A stretch of 64,000 bases of DNA. It comes from Eledone cirrhosa. Taxonomy: Eukaryota. Where the stretch lies: NCBI GenBank assembly GCA_964016885.1, contig OZ024745.1, positions 130,448,001 to 130,512,000 of the forward strand, in the 5' to 3' direction. Of the stretch, positions 1-14,257 are shown in pieces. The notes beneath the pieces are model-generated. The model was given only the letters and a program-made list of their open reading frames with translations, ran no database searches and was not told the DNA's origin. The stretch's first letter is position 1. Every line of letters begins with the position of its first letter. The position numbers and the translations under genes are program-made.

Positions 1-30
1 TCAGTAATCTTTCCTCATCAGGGAATCACT
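1..30 (-). ncRNA. Possible 5' half of a hammerhead ribozyme cut off by the window edge
   Basis: Minus strand reads GATTCC-CTGATGA-GGAAAG..., similar to the GATTC-CTGATGA start of the HHR at 29801; the GAAA half would lie outside the window. Confidence 0.3.
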
Positions 31-588
31 TCACATCTGATTCGGGTGAACGAAGGAATACAGCTAAAGAACACAACATATGTCATACAGAGTACAGAGA
101 ATAAACTAAAATAAAATTTACTCATATTAGAAGTTATTCATATCATATTAAAAGTTATTCTGATGACATAAATCTTGGAAATGTTGGTATGACAATTCTC
201 TCCCTTGTTTTGGATCATTCGTTTCATAGTTAAAAAAGTGTAGTTATATCTATTTTATGTTCCCATTATATATTCTTCTAGAAGTAAACGCTAGAGTGAG
301 TACTCAATATACCAGCGGTATGATTTTAATTATTTCTTATGCGACTTGATTTCATACGTACACGTCTCAGGGTTTTACACCTGGAAGGAAAATCTCTAGA
401 ACCTTCAGATTAGGTATATGTGTGCAAATGATTGTATATATAATGATCATGTAAAGAGAAAATGGGTTTCTTTTATTTATATTTATTGTTTTGTCTTTCC
501 TAAACCAATTTTGATACAGTAAATATATCAATTAAGTCATTCAAGGCTTGAAAATCATTTATTTTTGGCAGCAAATCCTTCCATATTT

Positions 589-610
589 CCTCTCTCTCTC
601 TCTCTCTCTC

Positions 611-674
<64 letters not shown>
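589..674. repeat. (CT)n microsatellite
   Basis: Direct reading. Confidence 0.95.
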
Positions 675-678
<4 letters not shown>

Positions 679-944
679 CTTTTCTTTTCTTCTACCGCCC
701 CCTCTCTTTCTCTCTTGCTCTCTCTCTGTCTATATTTTTCTTTCAGACTCTTTTTCGATTCTCAAATTCTCTCTATTTAATTACTTGTTTCCCTCCCAGT
801 GAAAGATTGTGTATGTGGTCTGTCAAACCCCAAATAAGAGTAGCCAAATACCACACATCCCGTAGTGTTATCATACATGAAGCAAAACAAAAATGTCGAA
901 AATATATTCAATGTCTCAGATAGAAAATCGCAGTGTAGTGCCAC

Positions 945-1205
945 TCCCTCAGTTACGACGGCGTGTTCCAGTTGATATGATCAACGAAATATGCTGCTCA
1001 TGAAATTAACGTACACGTGACTAAGCATTCCACAGACTTGCGTGGCCTTAACGTAATTCTCAGGGAGATTCAGTGAAACACAGAATGTGTCAAGGCTGAC
1101 CCTTCGAATTACAGGTACAACTCATCTTTGCCAGCAACCTGAACTGGAGCAACTTGAAATAAAATGACTTGCTCAAGAACACAACACGCCGCCGGAATCG
1201 ATCGT
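945..1205 (-). mobile_element. Degenerate SINE (second family, core and 3' part)
   Basis: Ends in tgacttgctcaagaacacaacacgccgccggaatcg, the reverse complement of a B-box followed by a CORE-like tgttcttgagcaag segment. Confidence 0.55.
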
Positions 1206-1315
1206 GGAAAATTGCACGAGTTATTTATGTTACTGTATTTTCAATATTGCTGGTCAGGGATAAAGTGGAAATGTTGGGTCCTGTTTAACTTACCTTTGCT
1301 ATGTTGCCCACTTTA

Positions 1316-1474
<159 letters not shown>

Positions 1475-1533
1475 ATATATATATATATAAATATATAAAT
1501 ATATATATATACATATATCTATATCTCTCTATA

Positions 1534-1625
<92 letters not shown>

Positions 1626-1629
<4 letters not shown>

Positions 1630-1923
1630 AGCAAATTATAAACGTAAACATGTAAGTATGTTTTTGAAACGGTGCGCGATTTTGAAATTAGAAATTAGAA
1701 ATGATAAGCTTTCACCGTATTTTAGACTAAAGAAATTTCTAGCCTGATAGTGGGATGTGTATTGGTGTAAGGGTAGCAGGGTGGCCTGGATAACCAAAGA
1801 TGTGGGTTCGACTCCCGTGTACGGTAACACTCATCTTTTTCCATTTCTCCGAGGGTTATAAACCCCACTATCAGGCTAGAAATTTATTTAGTCTAAAATA
1901 CGGTGAAAGCTTATAATTTCTAA

Positions 1924-1924
<1 letters not shown>
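1626..1924 (+). mobile_element. TA-flanked element: tRNA-like sequence enclosed by a ~60-bp inverted repeat
   Basis: Arms 1694-1754 and 1864-1924 are reverse complements. Inside are an A-box (TGGTGTAAGGG), a B-box (GGTTCGACTCC) and a T5 run. Tail 1626-1680 recurs inverted at 10820-10873. Confidence 0.7.
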
Positions 1925-1987
<63 letters not shown>

Positions 1988-1989
1988 AA

Positions 1990-2110
1990 TGACTTAGTGG
2001 TTTGCGCATTGGGCTTGCAATCGGGAGGTTGTAAATTCGATTCTCAGATCGGGTGAGCAAGCCACTTTATTTCACTTTGCTGCAGTTTACTCAGCTGTAA
2101 AAATAAATAT
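1990..2110 (+). mobile_element. Degenerate tRNA-derived SINE
   Basis: A-box-like gacttagtggtt, B-box-like aattcgattc, then CORE-like tgagcaagccactttatttcac...tactcagctg. Confidence 0.5.
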
Positions 2111-2334
2111 TGATTTCCTTGCAGGTATACAAGAGTCGGCTTAAAGGCTCCTAGGCTGAAAAGTTCATATGTGTGTACGTACGTGCGTGCGTGCGCGTGG
2201 AGAGAGAAAAAGAATTTCGTTGACAGTGATCCCGTTAACAACGGAAAGTAACCTTAAGTACTATGGTTGAGGTGGGACATGAATAAATTAAATTTCAGCA
2301 AGAGACTATGTTTAATTCATATATGTACTTGTTA

Positions 2335-3093
2335 CATGTATGTGTGCGTGTGTGTGTGTGCGTGTGCGCGCATTTGCAGGGGTGAGTGTGTGTGTGAGAG
2401 TGTGTCTGTAGGTGGGTGAGTGTGCATCTATCTGTGCGTATGCGTGTGTTGGTACATGTGTGAGCGCATGTCGGTGTGTGTGTGGGGAGGGGGTGGGTAT
2501 ATATTTGTGTGTGTGTGTGTGTGTGAATGTATGTCCTTGTGCGAGTCTGTGTACGCAGGTGTAGGTGCATGAGTGTGTTTGTGTGCGTGTGTATATATGT
2601 GCGCTTGTGAGTGTGGGTGTCTGTGTGTAGATGTGTGAGTGGGTTTGTGTGTGCATGTGTATGCGCTTGTGGGTATGGTGACAGTCTGTAGATGTGTGAG
2701 TGTGTGTGTGTGTGTGGTGTGTGTGCCTGTGTGTGTCTGTGTGTGTATATGTGTGTGTGTGTATTTATGTGTGTATGTGTGTGTGTCTATGTGTGTGTGT
2801 GTGCCTGTGTGTGTGTATGTCCGTGTGTGTGTGTGTGTCTGTGTGTGTATGTGTGTGTGTGTATGGCTGTGTGTGTGTGTGTGTGTGTGTGTGTGTCTGT
2901 GTATGTGTCTGTGTGTGTATGTGTGTGTGTGTGTCTCTGTGTGTGTATGTCGGTGTGTGTATGTGTGTGTGTATGTATGTGTGTGTGTGTCTGTGTATGT
3001 GTATGTATGTGTATGTGTGTGTGTGTACCTGTGTGTGTGTATGTCTGTGTGTGTCCGTGTGTGTGTCTGTGTCTGTGTGTGTGTATGTCTGTG

Positions 3094-3124
<31 letters not shown>

Positions 3125-3213
3125 TTGCCTATGTGTGTGTGTGTATGCCTGCCTGTGTGTCTGTGTGTGTGTGTGTGTACCTATGTGTGTGTGTATGCTT
3201 GTGTGTGTGTGTG
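2335..3213. repeat. Degenerate (TG)n microsatellite
   Basis: Direct reading; source of the CV/HT-rich ORFs. Confidence 0.95.
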
Positions 3214-3429
3214 TCAGCGAGATATATCAGTCACAGTCTCCCCACCATATTTAAAAAAAAGTCTAACGAGACCCAGTAGACAGTAAAGGTCTGTTTAGCC
3301 ATTCCTCCCTTAAACTCGATGTGGTGGTCAAGGTTGGAATATACGACCTCATAAGTCTGCTTGCTTAACATAGAAATACATTTGTCACAATAACAACCAG
3401 CAATATATCTTATATTTGGCTCAATCCTC

Positions 3430-3767
3430 CACTAGTACCACATCACTACCACTACCACTACTACTGCCACTACTACTACTATTACCACTACCACTGCTAC
3501 TAACACTACAACAACTAATACCACCACCACTACTACTACCACTACAACTACTACCACTACCACTACTACTACCACTACTATTGTAACTAGACGTCCACCT
3601 ACTACTACTACCACCACCACTATCACCACCACCACTACTACTATTACCATCACCACTGCTTCTATTACAATCAGTACCACCATCACCAGCACCAATATTA
3701 ATACCATCACTTCTACCAGCACCAACACCACCACCAACACCACCACCAACACCATCACTACTACCAC
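3430..3767. repeat. (ACC/ACT)n trinucleotide repeat
   Basis: Direct reading. Confidence 0.95.
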
Positions 3768-3769
3768 TT

Positions 3770-4152
3770 ATATATTATTTATATATATACATCATATTTA
3801 TATATATATATATATATATATACATTATATTATACCTCGTATTTATATATATATATATATATATACATTATATTATACCTCGTATTTATATATATATATA
3901 TATATATATACATTATATTATACATCATATTTATATATATATATACATTATATTATACATCATATTTATATATATATACATTATATTATACATCATATTT
4001 ATATATATATACATTATATTATACATCATATTTATATATATATATACATCATATATATATATACATTATTATACATCATGTTTATATATATATATATATA
4101 CATTACATTATGCATCATATTTATATATATTTATATATACATTATATTATAT
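3770..4152. repeat. TA-rich minisatellite (cattatattatacatcatattt(ta)n units)
   Basis: Repeated cattatattatac(a/c)tc(a/g)tattt interspersed with variable (TA)n. Confidence 0.85.
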
Positions 4153-4453
4153 ATCTCTCACATAAGCTAATATTCCGTAAATTACATATGTGAGTAAGAA
4201 AAGCTAGCCAAGCATATTTGGTTGATCACTTATATCTAGTATTAAGTAATCCTTCAAACCTAAGTAACTTCAATTAAGATACTACACTTTCAAAAGACAA
4301 ACAACCCTAACAGACATTAAAAGCAATTATTGTTACAAGATTTGAACAGTCGATACACGAACGCATTCCATGAATTCCTTTACCATGTTTTTCTATAAGC
4401 CTCTATAAACATATACTATACATTCTTCCATTGTATTTAATCCTCTCTGAATA

Positions 4454-4509
<56 letters not shown>

Positions 4510-4553
4510 ACCTTTAACCTCTAACTCTTTCTCTTTCTCCCTTCCCTATCTCA

Positions 4554-4584
<31 letters not shown>

Positions 4585-4748
4585 CACATATATTTATATG
4601 TATGTGTATGTATATATATATATATTTATATATATATATATGTAATAGAGAGAGAGAGAGAGAGAGAGTGAGAGAGAGAGAGAAAGAGACGAGGAGAGAG
4701 AGCGAAAAAGAGAGAGAAAGAGAGAGAGAGGGAGGGAGGGAGAAAGAA

Positions 4749-4782
<34 letters not shown>

Positions 4783-4794
4783 GGAGGGAGGGAG

Positions 4795-4837
<43 letters not shown>

Positions 4838-4842
<5 letters not shown>

Positions 4843-4893
4843 AGCTGTCGAAACGGCCGAAACTCAGCCGTCAGGGGTCCTGACTCTTTTCAC
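4838..4893 (+). mobile_element. Family B element fragment (3' half of a hammerhead)
   Basis: ctagctgtc-GAAAC-GGC...GCC-GTC-aggggtcc matches the copies at 41477 and 60251. Confidence 0.7.
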
Positions 4894-4924
<31 letters not shown>

Positions 4925-4957
4925 CATACATATATATATGAATAAATATATGTGTAA

Positions 4958-4988
<31 letters not shown>

Positions 4989-5036
4989 TATATAAATTTA
5001 TGCGTACATATTGTATATATATGTATACCTATTAGC

Positions 5037-5087
<51 letters not shown>

Positions 5088-5692
5088 ATTAGCTATGTGT
5101 ATATGTGTGTATATGTGTGATTGTCAGTATATTTACATATCTATTCTTTTATCTTTTTCTCCTTTCTCAATTCTATTGATCTAATCCATGTTTTTTTTCA
5201 TTTTACATATTTCTTCCTGTGGCACATTTCAAACCACACAATTAACTCTGTCTGAAAAACGTGAAGTAAGTCAAGAATTCACATTTAACATCTTTATATA
5301 GAACAAAAATTGTATCAAGTAGAAATAAGGAGTTTCTTTTAAAATTGAACAATAATGTCTTTATTAACCACAAAGACGCAGTCTCTAACACAAAGTTTAG
5401 GATATTTACGGCTGGAAAATTATAAATGTGATCATCGATCTTCGATCCTTTCTCAACAGCAGTACCACTTTTCGTTCAGCTGCAATTCGTGGAAAAATGT
5501 ATGCAATATAAACTTAAAATGCTGCAATATAAACTTGCTACACCTAGCGGTAGCCATCTAAACCAAGTGATTCGCGCTTCGAACCACTCCGCTTCTGACC
5601 GGCCGGTCCTTCCAGGAGGCATTGCCGATTCGAAACAAGTTCTACAGACATGGAAGTGCTATCAGCCGGGCCTGTGCCGTATCATCATTTGA

Positions 5693-5888
5693 AATAATAA
5701 TTGTTTCTACTTTTGGCACAAGGCCAGCAATCACCCATTGTATTACTGGTACTTTATTTTATCGACCCCGTAAGGATGAAAGGCAAAGTTAACCTCGGCG
5801 GGATTTGAACTCAGAATGGCAAGGGCCGTAACTCTATGCGTCAAAGCATGGCGTCCTACCCTCTACCTATACTGCCAAACCACCGACC
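5693..5888 (-). mobile_element. tRNA-derived SINE, main family
   Basis: Reverse complement of TGGCAGTATCGG (A-box) ... GAGTTCAAATCC (B-box) ... gcctttcatccttacggggtcgataaaataaagtacc core ... gtagaaacaatta tail. Confidence 0.9.
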
Positions 5889-6307
5889 ATGACAATAAAT
5901 AATGGTTCAATTTCCATATGCGTCATTTATAATAGTCTTATGTTACAGATTGATACTCAAATATATAAGGATATAAAAATGTTTTAAAAGCAAATATTTC
6001 CTTCTATATATTTGATTATATTTGCTGTGTTTATGTCTGCATTTCCAACTCTTTCTGCCTAAAAAAATCTACTTTCTCTTCCGACCAATATAATACTATA
6101 TATATATATACATTGAGTTACACATATATATATATATATGTGTATATATATATATACACACATATATATATATATATATACATTGAGTTAATTCTAACAC
6201 GGCGTGGCAATTATATTCTATCATTTTATAATTCTCTACATACATTTGAGCTTTGTATATATAGTTTTTTCTTTGCTATATATATATGTGTGTATATATA
6301 TATATAT

Positions 6308-6358
<51 letters not shown>

Positions 6359-6383
6359 TATATATGTGTTTATATATATATAT

Positions 6384-6453
<70 letters not shown>

Positions 6454-6482
6454 ATATATATGCATATATAAGTGTGTGAGAG

Positions 6483-6521
<39 letters not shown>

Positions 6522-7231
6522 GTCGATGTGGGTATGTATTTGTGCGTCAGTGTGTTTGTGTGTATGCACCTGTGTTTGTAGGAAAAACCGATTATTCAAA
6601 CCATATCCACATGAAATTTTACGCGTGAGTAATTGATAAAGCTCGTTGGCAGTTACTGGTGTCAAATAAAATAAAAGCAAAAACCTGGAATGGCTTCAGT
6701 TTCGTGTCTCTAATTTGTTAGTGAATTTCATGTAATGGGTCTCATTGCCCTCGTTTTACGTTAGTAGCTTATCACCAGCTGAATGTTAGTAACTAATGCA
6801 CTGTAGGACGCGGGAAGATATATACTTTGATTTTTTGTCATTTACATAAAAAGACAACGTGATCCAATACATATGTTACACCAAACATCTATGGAATGAT
6901 GTAGAGAATTTACGAAGATAAGTAAACTTAACTACGTCTATTTAATAATCTTTATTGGTATGGAAGTTTTTAAACATGTACATCAAAGATACACACACGC
7001 ACGCACACATACGCACACACACAACATATATAATCATATACACATATACACATACATATATACACATATACATAATGATATGCATTCCCACACGCATATA
7101 CATACATTAATGTATACATACATACATATATAAATACATATAAATGTGAATTCCCATACATACATTAATATATACATAGATACATATATATACATACATG
7201 TATTTGTGTATATATATACCTTAATATGTGC

Positions 7232-7425
<194 letters not shown>

Positions 7426-8596
7426 TATATATTAAATATGTATCTATGTATATATTAATATATATATATATACATATATATATATATCTGTATATAGGTA
7501 TATACATGTATATAAATATATATGATTCCATGTATGTATGTACACGCAAAGATATATATCATACGTACATATCCAATCTGTACCGAATCACTGCTTCGTT
7601 GACTATATAGCTCTCATTTATCGATAATATTTCTATGGAACACGTCTCACAGATAACGAAGCAACCCAATTAGCAGTAGTGTTGTATTTATGATGCAATG
7701 TAGACATAGGGAACTTCAGATGAGCAGAACAACGGGTTAGAAAGTTAGCCTTAGAAATATATAATGATGAATATCATTAAGACGGCATTTAATTAGAGGT
7801 TTTTCAGTTGTTTTATGCTATCTAGTGGAGGTGAAATATCTGCTGAGTTCTGAATACATACATTATATTTCATTTATCTTTTCAATCGAAGCTCAGGACG
7901 ATAACGATCAAGCATAATTGCAAACTTGAAACACTACTCCGAATTCAGTTCATGAACGAGTTAACTAACTACTGAACTGTAAAAGACTTCGATTATTGAT
8001 TTCGCACATTGGTAATAAGCGAAATCACATGATTGTAAACCTATTACTATATAATTTGATTTAGACACAGGAGGATGTAAAATTGACAGCGAACTCAAAT
8101 GAAAGAGTATTGATAATTTTGGTTTACTTTGTGAAGGACAGTGTACAAGAAGAGTGTATTGGACTGTGAAATTATCAGAAGAATTCTTTCTAAACCGAAT
8201 TTGTGATCTAAGAATATAAGTTGCTTCTCATATATACATATATCTACTAAAACAGCTACGTTGATATTGATGATGATATTATAAACGATGATGATGGGTG
8301 CGATGAATATACATCAACACATCTATACACACCCACACACACTTATAATATGCCAAATGAATGACAAATGAATACATACATAAATAGATACTTATGTATC
8401 TATATCGTTAATACATATGCGTATATATTCTCACACACAAACATAACTATATATATATATGTATATATGTATATATGTATATATGAAGTATTTCCATAGG
8501 AAAGGTAAAGGAAAAGAGAGTGCTCTATATAGGCTACATAACTTTTTAGTTATGTAATAAAAAAAACAGTCGTCAGAAAGAATAACATAGAATGTT

Positions 8597-8660
8597 ATTC
8601 TTTCTGACGACTGAAGACAGATATAAATATATGTCTTCAAGAAACCACTGGTAAATGAAT
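8597..8660 (+). ncRNA. Type I hammerhead ribozyme motif
   Basis: ATTCTTT-CTGACGA-C-TGAAGACA/TGTCTTCA-A-GAAA-CC ACT GG-TA-AATGAAT; GUA cleavage triplet; stem I 6/7 paired; preceded by a fold-back copy at 8565-8588. Confidence 0.7.
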
Positions 8661-8689
8661 TAATTATCTTTTGTTGTTTATTACATAAC

Positions 8690-8889
<200 letters not shown>

Positions 8890-8968
8890 AGAGCAGACAT
8901 GGCTCTATAGTCAACGAATTCTCTTGGCAATCACATGTTTTCGGGTTCAATACCCTTCCAGTGAAATA

Positions 8969-9015
<47 letters not shown>

Positions 9016-9177
9016 TACACGGGTGTGTATGATTGTGTATAGAAGATTATATTAATAAAAGGAATTCCAACTTTGTCTGATTTATTCGTTTTATTTACAA
9101 ACCTTTAAAATTTATAATGATATTAGAATGAAATAGTATGGTAGAATATTAAATGTTAAATATTAACATATATCTAT

Positions 9178-10254
9178 CTAAGGCGGGTAAAATTCCCGAG
9201 ATCCATGGACGAGTTCTCTCCAGCGGTCTCTGTCCCTCATTATCGCTGCCATGTCCTGCGTCTCCAACAGACCAGTGTCTGTCCTTAGGGCATCAATATA
9301 CGTTAACCTTGGTCTTCCTTTTCTAGTGTGTCCATGTAGGGACTCCCAAAGGAGCACTGAGTGCAATGTCAACTCTGGATGTCGGTGAGCATGTTCAGCT
9401 AACCTCAGTCTCCTCTGTGTCACTTTTGAGCTGACTTTTGGGATGCTCCCATACAGCTCTGAGTTTTTCATCCTCAGTGTATACTGATTAATGTTCAGAG
9501 CCATCCTCAGCATTCTCGTGTAGCACCCATCCACCATCTGAGTGAGTTTCTTGGTCAGTGTCCAAGTCTCAGACCCATACAGCAGTACAGACTCCACTAC
9601 AGCAATGAAGAGGCGGATTTTCAGGTCTCTACGAAGGTCCGACCTCCACACCGATCTCAAGCTGTGGCACGCCGCCCAGGCCTTGCTCTTCCTCTCAACC
9701 ACATCTTCTTCCGTATTCCCAATCTTTGCTCCCAAATACAGGAAGCCCTCAACCAATTCTAGCGGCTTCCCGCCTACATTAGTGATCCCCTCTGGCTTCT
9801 CAACATTCTCTACCAGATATTTTGTTTTAGTCTCATTCATTATCAGCCCCACACTCATCGACACAGTCTCAACCTCCCGCATCAAATCCTCTGCCTCCTT
9901 CACTGTATTTGTCACCAAAACTATGTCGTCGGCAAATTCAGCATCCGATACCTTTTTCGCCCTAACTCTCCTGCTCTGAGCTGGTGCTACAGTAAAACCA
10001 GAGTCCTGGTGTTTCTCCAGTGCAAGGCGCATACAATAGTCCACTACGATGATAAAAAGGTAGGGAGCCAATGTATCCCCCTGGAGCAGTCCAGCTAGTA
10101 TCTCAAAGAACTCTGTCATCCCATCAGGTGTAATGACTTGGGCTTTGGTGTTGGTGTAGAGCAGTGATATCAGGTCCACTATCTTCTTGGGGATTCCATA
10201 AGCCTGTAAGATCTTCATCAGGCAGTAACGGTCCACAGAATCAAAGGCCTTCTT
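9178..10254 (-). mobile_element. 5'-truncated RTE-clade LINE, reverse transcriptase C-terminal part (uninterrupted frame)
   Basis: [40 protein letters not shown] and RRLRLA.H motifs; the N-terminal IY run of the ORF track is only the flanking (TA)n. Confidence 0.92.
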
Positions 10255-10255
10255 A

Positions 10256-10636
<381 letters not shown>

Positions 10637-10639
<3 letters not shown>

Positions 10640-10773
10640 AAAATGTTCAAGACCCCGACGGCAGAGCTCAAGCCCTTTCAACGGCTATTTCTGGACTGAA
10701 ATAGCCGTCGAAACGGCTCGAGCTTTGCCGTCGGGGTCTTGAACATTTTCCTATTACCCACTCTACTACACTA

Positions 10774-10779
<6 letters not shown>
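10637..10779 (+). mobile_element. Family B palindromic element
   Basis: Palindrome 10637-10752 centred on ggctatttc-tggact-gaaatagcc; GAAAC-GGC...GCC-GTC-GGGGTC; flanked by (TA)n. Confidence 0.85.
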
Positions 10780-10820
<41 letters not shown>

Positions 10821-10869
10821 CGCGCACCGTTTCAAAAACATACTTAAATGTTTACGTTTATAATTTGCT

Positions 10870-10927
<58 letters not shown>

Positions 10928-11118
10928 GAGAGTGTAACCTACAGTGAGGTTACTGTAGGTTCACCTTGTCATTCTGTCATTCCAACAGCAGACGTCCGAC
11001 GAGCTTTTGATTCCAACGTCGGGGCAGATCGATGCTGATTGAACCTTGAGCTGATCAATAGTGAAACTCGCGTAATCAAACAATAAACGTAATAAAGGCT
11101 TAACAACTCGCCCTTGTG

Positions 11119-11155
<37 letters not shown>

Positions 11156-11186
11156 ATGTATATGTATATATATATATATATATATG

Positions 11187-11241
<55 letters not shown>

Positions 11242-11260
11242 ATTTATATATATATATATA

Positions 11261-11443
11261 TAATTGTTTCTACATTTGGCACAAGGCCAGCAATTACCCC
11301 AGTGCATTACTGGTACTTTATTTTATCGACCCCGTAAGGATGAAAGGCAAAGTTAACCTCGGCGGGATTTGAAATTAGACCATAAAGGGCCGTAACTCTG
11401 TGCTGCAAAGCATGGCGTCAGAGCCTCTACCGACACTGCCAAA
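11261..11443 (-). mobile_element. tRNA-derived SINE, main family
   Basis: Near-identical to 5693-5888. Confidence 0.9.
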
Positions 11444-12169
11444 TGTTAAAGAAATAGAGTGAAATTGATGTCCAAATTTACCCTCCATCTCTGGGTCCCG
11501 GAGGATGACGAGAGATACCCTAGAACAGTCACGCCAGCTGGTGGAGCTCAAATCTGTGGGCGTCCAATTCCGCTCTGATAACAGTAGGGATGTGGTCCGG
11601 GAGCCAAGAACTTCGGAGTCTTCCCTGCTAACGAATATTATTCTGCGTTTACATACTTGTGTACGTACAGTAGCAAACTTAATGGAACGAAAGTTTCCTG
11701 AAATTTTAAAAATTCATTAATTCAAAAATATTGTGTCTCTGAATTTGGAAAACTCTTTGATGGTTAATAAAAGAAATGTTAGCCTGTGGGAGGAATAAGT
11801 GTTTCTGATTGAGCCATTTAGCATAAAGCCTATGAAAAATGATTTATTCTTAAAAGATTTAATTATAGCTATTAAAACATTCTTAAAAAATTATACACTG
11901 TCTTAAGTTGGAAAACCAGCTAAGATTTTAAACAGAAATTTTGCGACATATGAATTATATAAAGTTTAGAGAAAATTAACTACGTGAGATAAATTCCTAC
12001 GCTGAAATTATATCTGGAAACAAAGAGAATATTGAATATAGTTAATAATATTTTAAAGTGTTATTTAAATTTCAAGGACAAACAAAAGATCTGTCTTTTA
12101 TGAACAATAGATTAGTATTTTCAACTCATGGCTATCTTTGCAATCTTCTATGTATACATAAATAAATAA

Positions 12170-12217
<48 letters not shown>

Positions 12218-12513
12218 CTAAACTCCTCCACGACGACATTAATATTATTCATGCTGCAATATTTGCTTATATATATATAAGTACATATATATATATATAT
12301 GTGTGTGTGTGTGTATGTGTGTGTGTCTGTGTGTCCGTGTGTCTGTGTCTGTGTATATAATTGTACAGTATTATTGTCACGCAAGAGCATGTGTTTTTTT
12401 ATCAGCTGCATTCCCCCCCCCCCCCCCATACGGAACTATATATATATAAAATGGAAAAATGTCGTACACAGCAACTAAGCATACAACATATATATATATA
12501 TAGATATATATAT

Positions 12514-12801
12514 GTTGTATGCTTAGCAGCTGTGTACACAATTTTTCCATTTTTTGTTGACCATAATGTAGTCGACTTGAGACTTGGTGCCACTTATATC
12601 TGATACGTAAGTCCAAAGTATTCCTAGCTTTTTCTGAAATGAAGTATTGGCGATGAAAAGTCGTTCTTCATCTATGAAATCGCTCACTAGCGTCCCATTG
12701 CTTTTGCTTCATTCATGAAATGTATATTTACCAACGTCTCACCAAACATGTGCGTTGCATTTCCCTATGACATTGATAACATTGACGAACTGAGAAATCT
12801 C
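12514..12801 (-). pseudogene. RTE-clade LINE apurinic-endonuclease domain fragment
   Basis: Hand translation: VIGKCNAHVW*...NGTLVSDF...LFIANTSFQKKLGILWTYVS..GTKSQVDYIMVNKKWKNCV..C*AYN, matching GDFNAHVG, ANT.F.K, WT and QIDY.L motifs; in-frame stops. Confidence 0.8.
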
Positions 12802-12858
12802 ACCGGGACGATTGGGGAAAGCGTGCTGAGTCTTTGCGAGTGTAAACTCGGCCGAAGA

Positions 12859-12945
<87 letters not shown>

Positions 12946-13114
12946 TATCCTTTCTGTGTTCGTTTTGCAAGATTTCTTATCTGAAAACGTGCGTTGAGTC
13001 CGGGAGTGTGATATGCAGTTAATAAAAACACAATATAGAAATGGGTTTCCTAATGATTTCTTTTGAATGAAACAGTTCTAGTTATGTACAAGGAATATTT
13101 ATATTAAACCTGAT

Positions 13115-13183
<69 letters not shown>
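13115..13183. repeat. (GATA)n microsatellite
   Basis: Direct reading. Confidence 0.95.
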
Positions 13184-13184
13184 C

Positions 13185-13263
<79 letters not shown>

Positions 13264-13514
13264 TTAATAAAATAATGAATAAACAAAGAAACAGTTCCTT
13301 ATATTAAAAAAATTCATCATTTTACGATCGTTTCTAGGATATATATGTGTTAGAGTTGGTATGCATATTCTATAGATCTATGTACAATATTTATACTAAC
13401 TATCAGAGGGAATATACATACCTACACATATATATGCTGTCTTCATGATATCCGGATTACATTGAGTTCTTCATACGGATTGGACACTACCGTAAACTTT
13501 TGGTAGATTTATCT

Positions 13515-13679
<165 letters not shown>

Positions 13680-14257
13680 CAAACATGTAGCAAGGCACAA
13701 GTATCATTCGGTAGGGGTGTGCGACTCAATATCTTAAAGTGATAGATGGCAGTGCGCTCTACGCTTGTGCAAGGCATCGCATTCTCGTTGTTCCAGGCTT
13801 CTCAGCTGGAAAATAATATAGTATGTTTATTTTTTCATCTATAAATGTTAAGATATTTGCCAATAAACGCGTTTTGCAACACTTTCTATTACCGTTTGTT
13901 TTCACTATTCATTACTCCAAACATTTATATATAATTTTACTTGAGTTTCTTTAATTACACTAGTTTCTATACGAATCTTAAAATATCTCAAACAACAGCA
14001 GGTGCGGTTTTATCGATTCAGCAATACGGTAGGTATAAATTTTAATGTATATTTTGAATTCATCTAAGATATATTTGCATTTTTACTCGAGCAACCCTAA
14101 TATATATTATTTTATTGATACTTCGCATGAAAGAAAATACATTTGTTTGTTTTTTTTTGTTTTTTTTTTAAGACGTATTTCTCCGGGTCTGATAGATTTG
14201 ATTTCATGCAAAATTGACTTTTGAAATGGTATGAAAAAGGGGAATATTACTTTAGTT

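Noticed and set aside
1757-1830. Functional tRNA gene
   Set aside because: Acceptor and anticodon stems pair poorly; treated as a tRNA-derived repeat head
10210-10228. CTGATGA on the minus strand
   Set aside because: Lies within RT codons (CLMK); no stem II or GAAA
11445-11640. GC-richer segment considered as an HDV-like ribozyme
   Set aside because: Could not assemble the P1/P2/P3 pseudoknot; probably an unclassified repeat fragment
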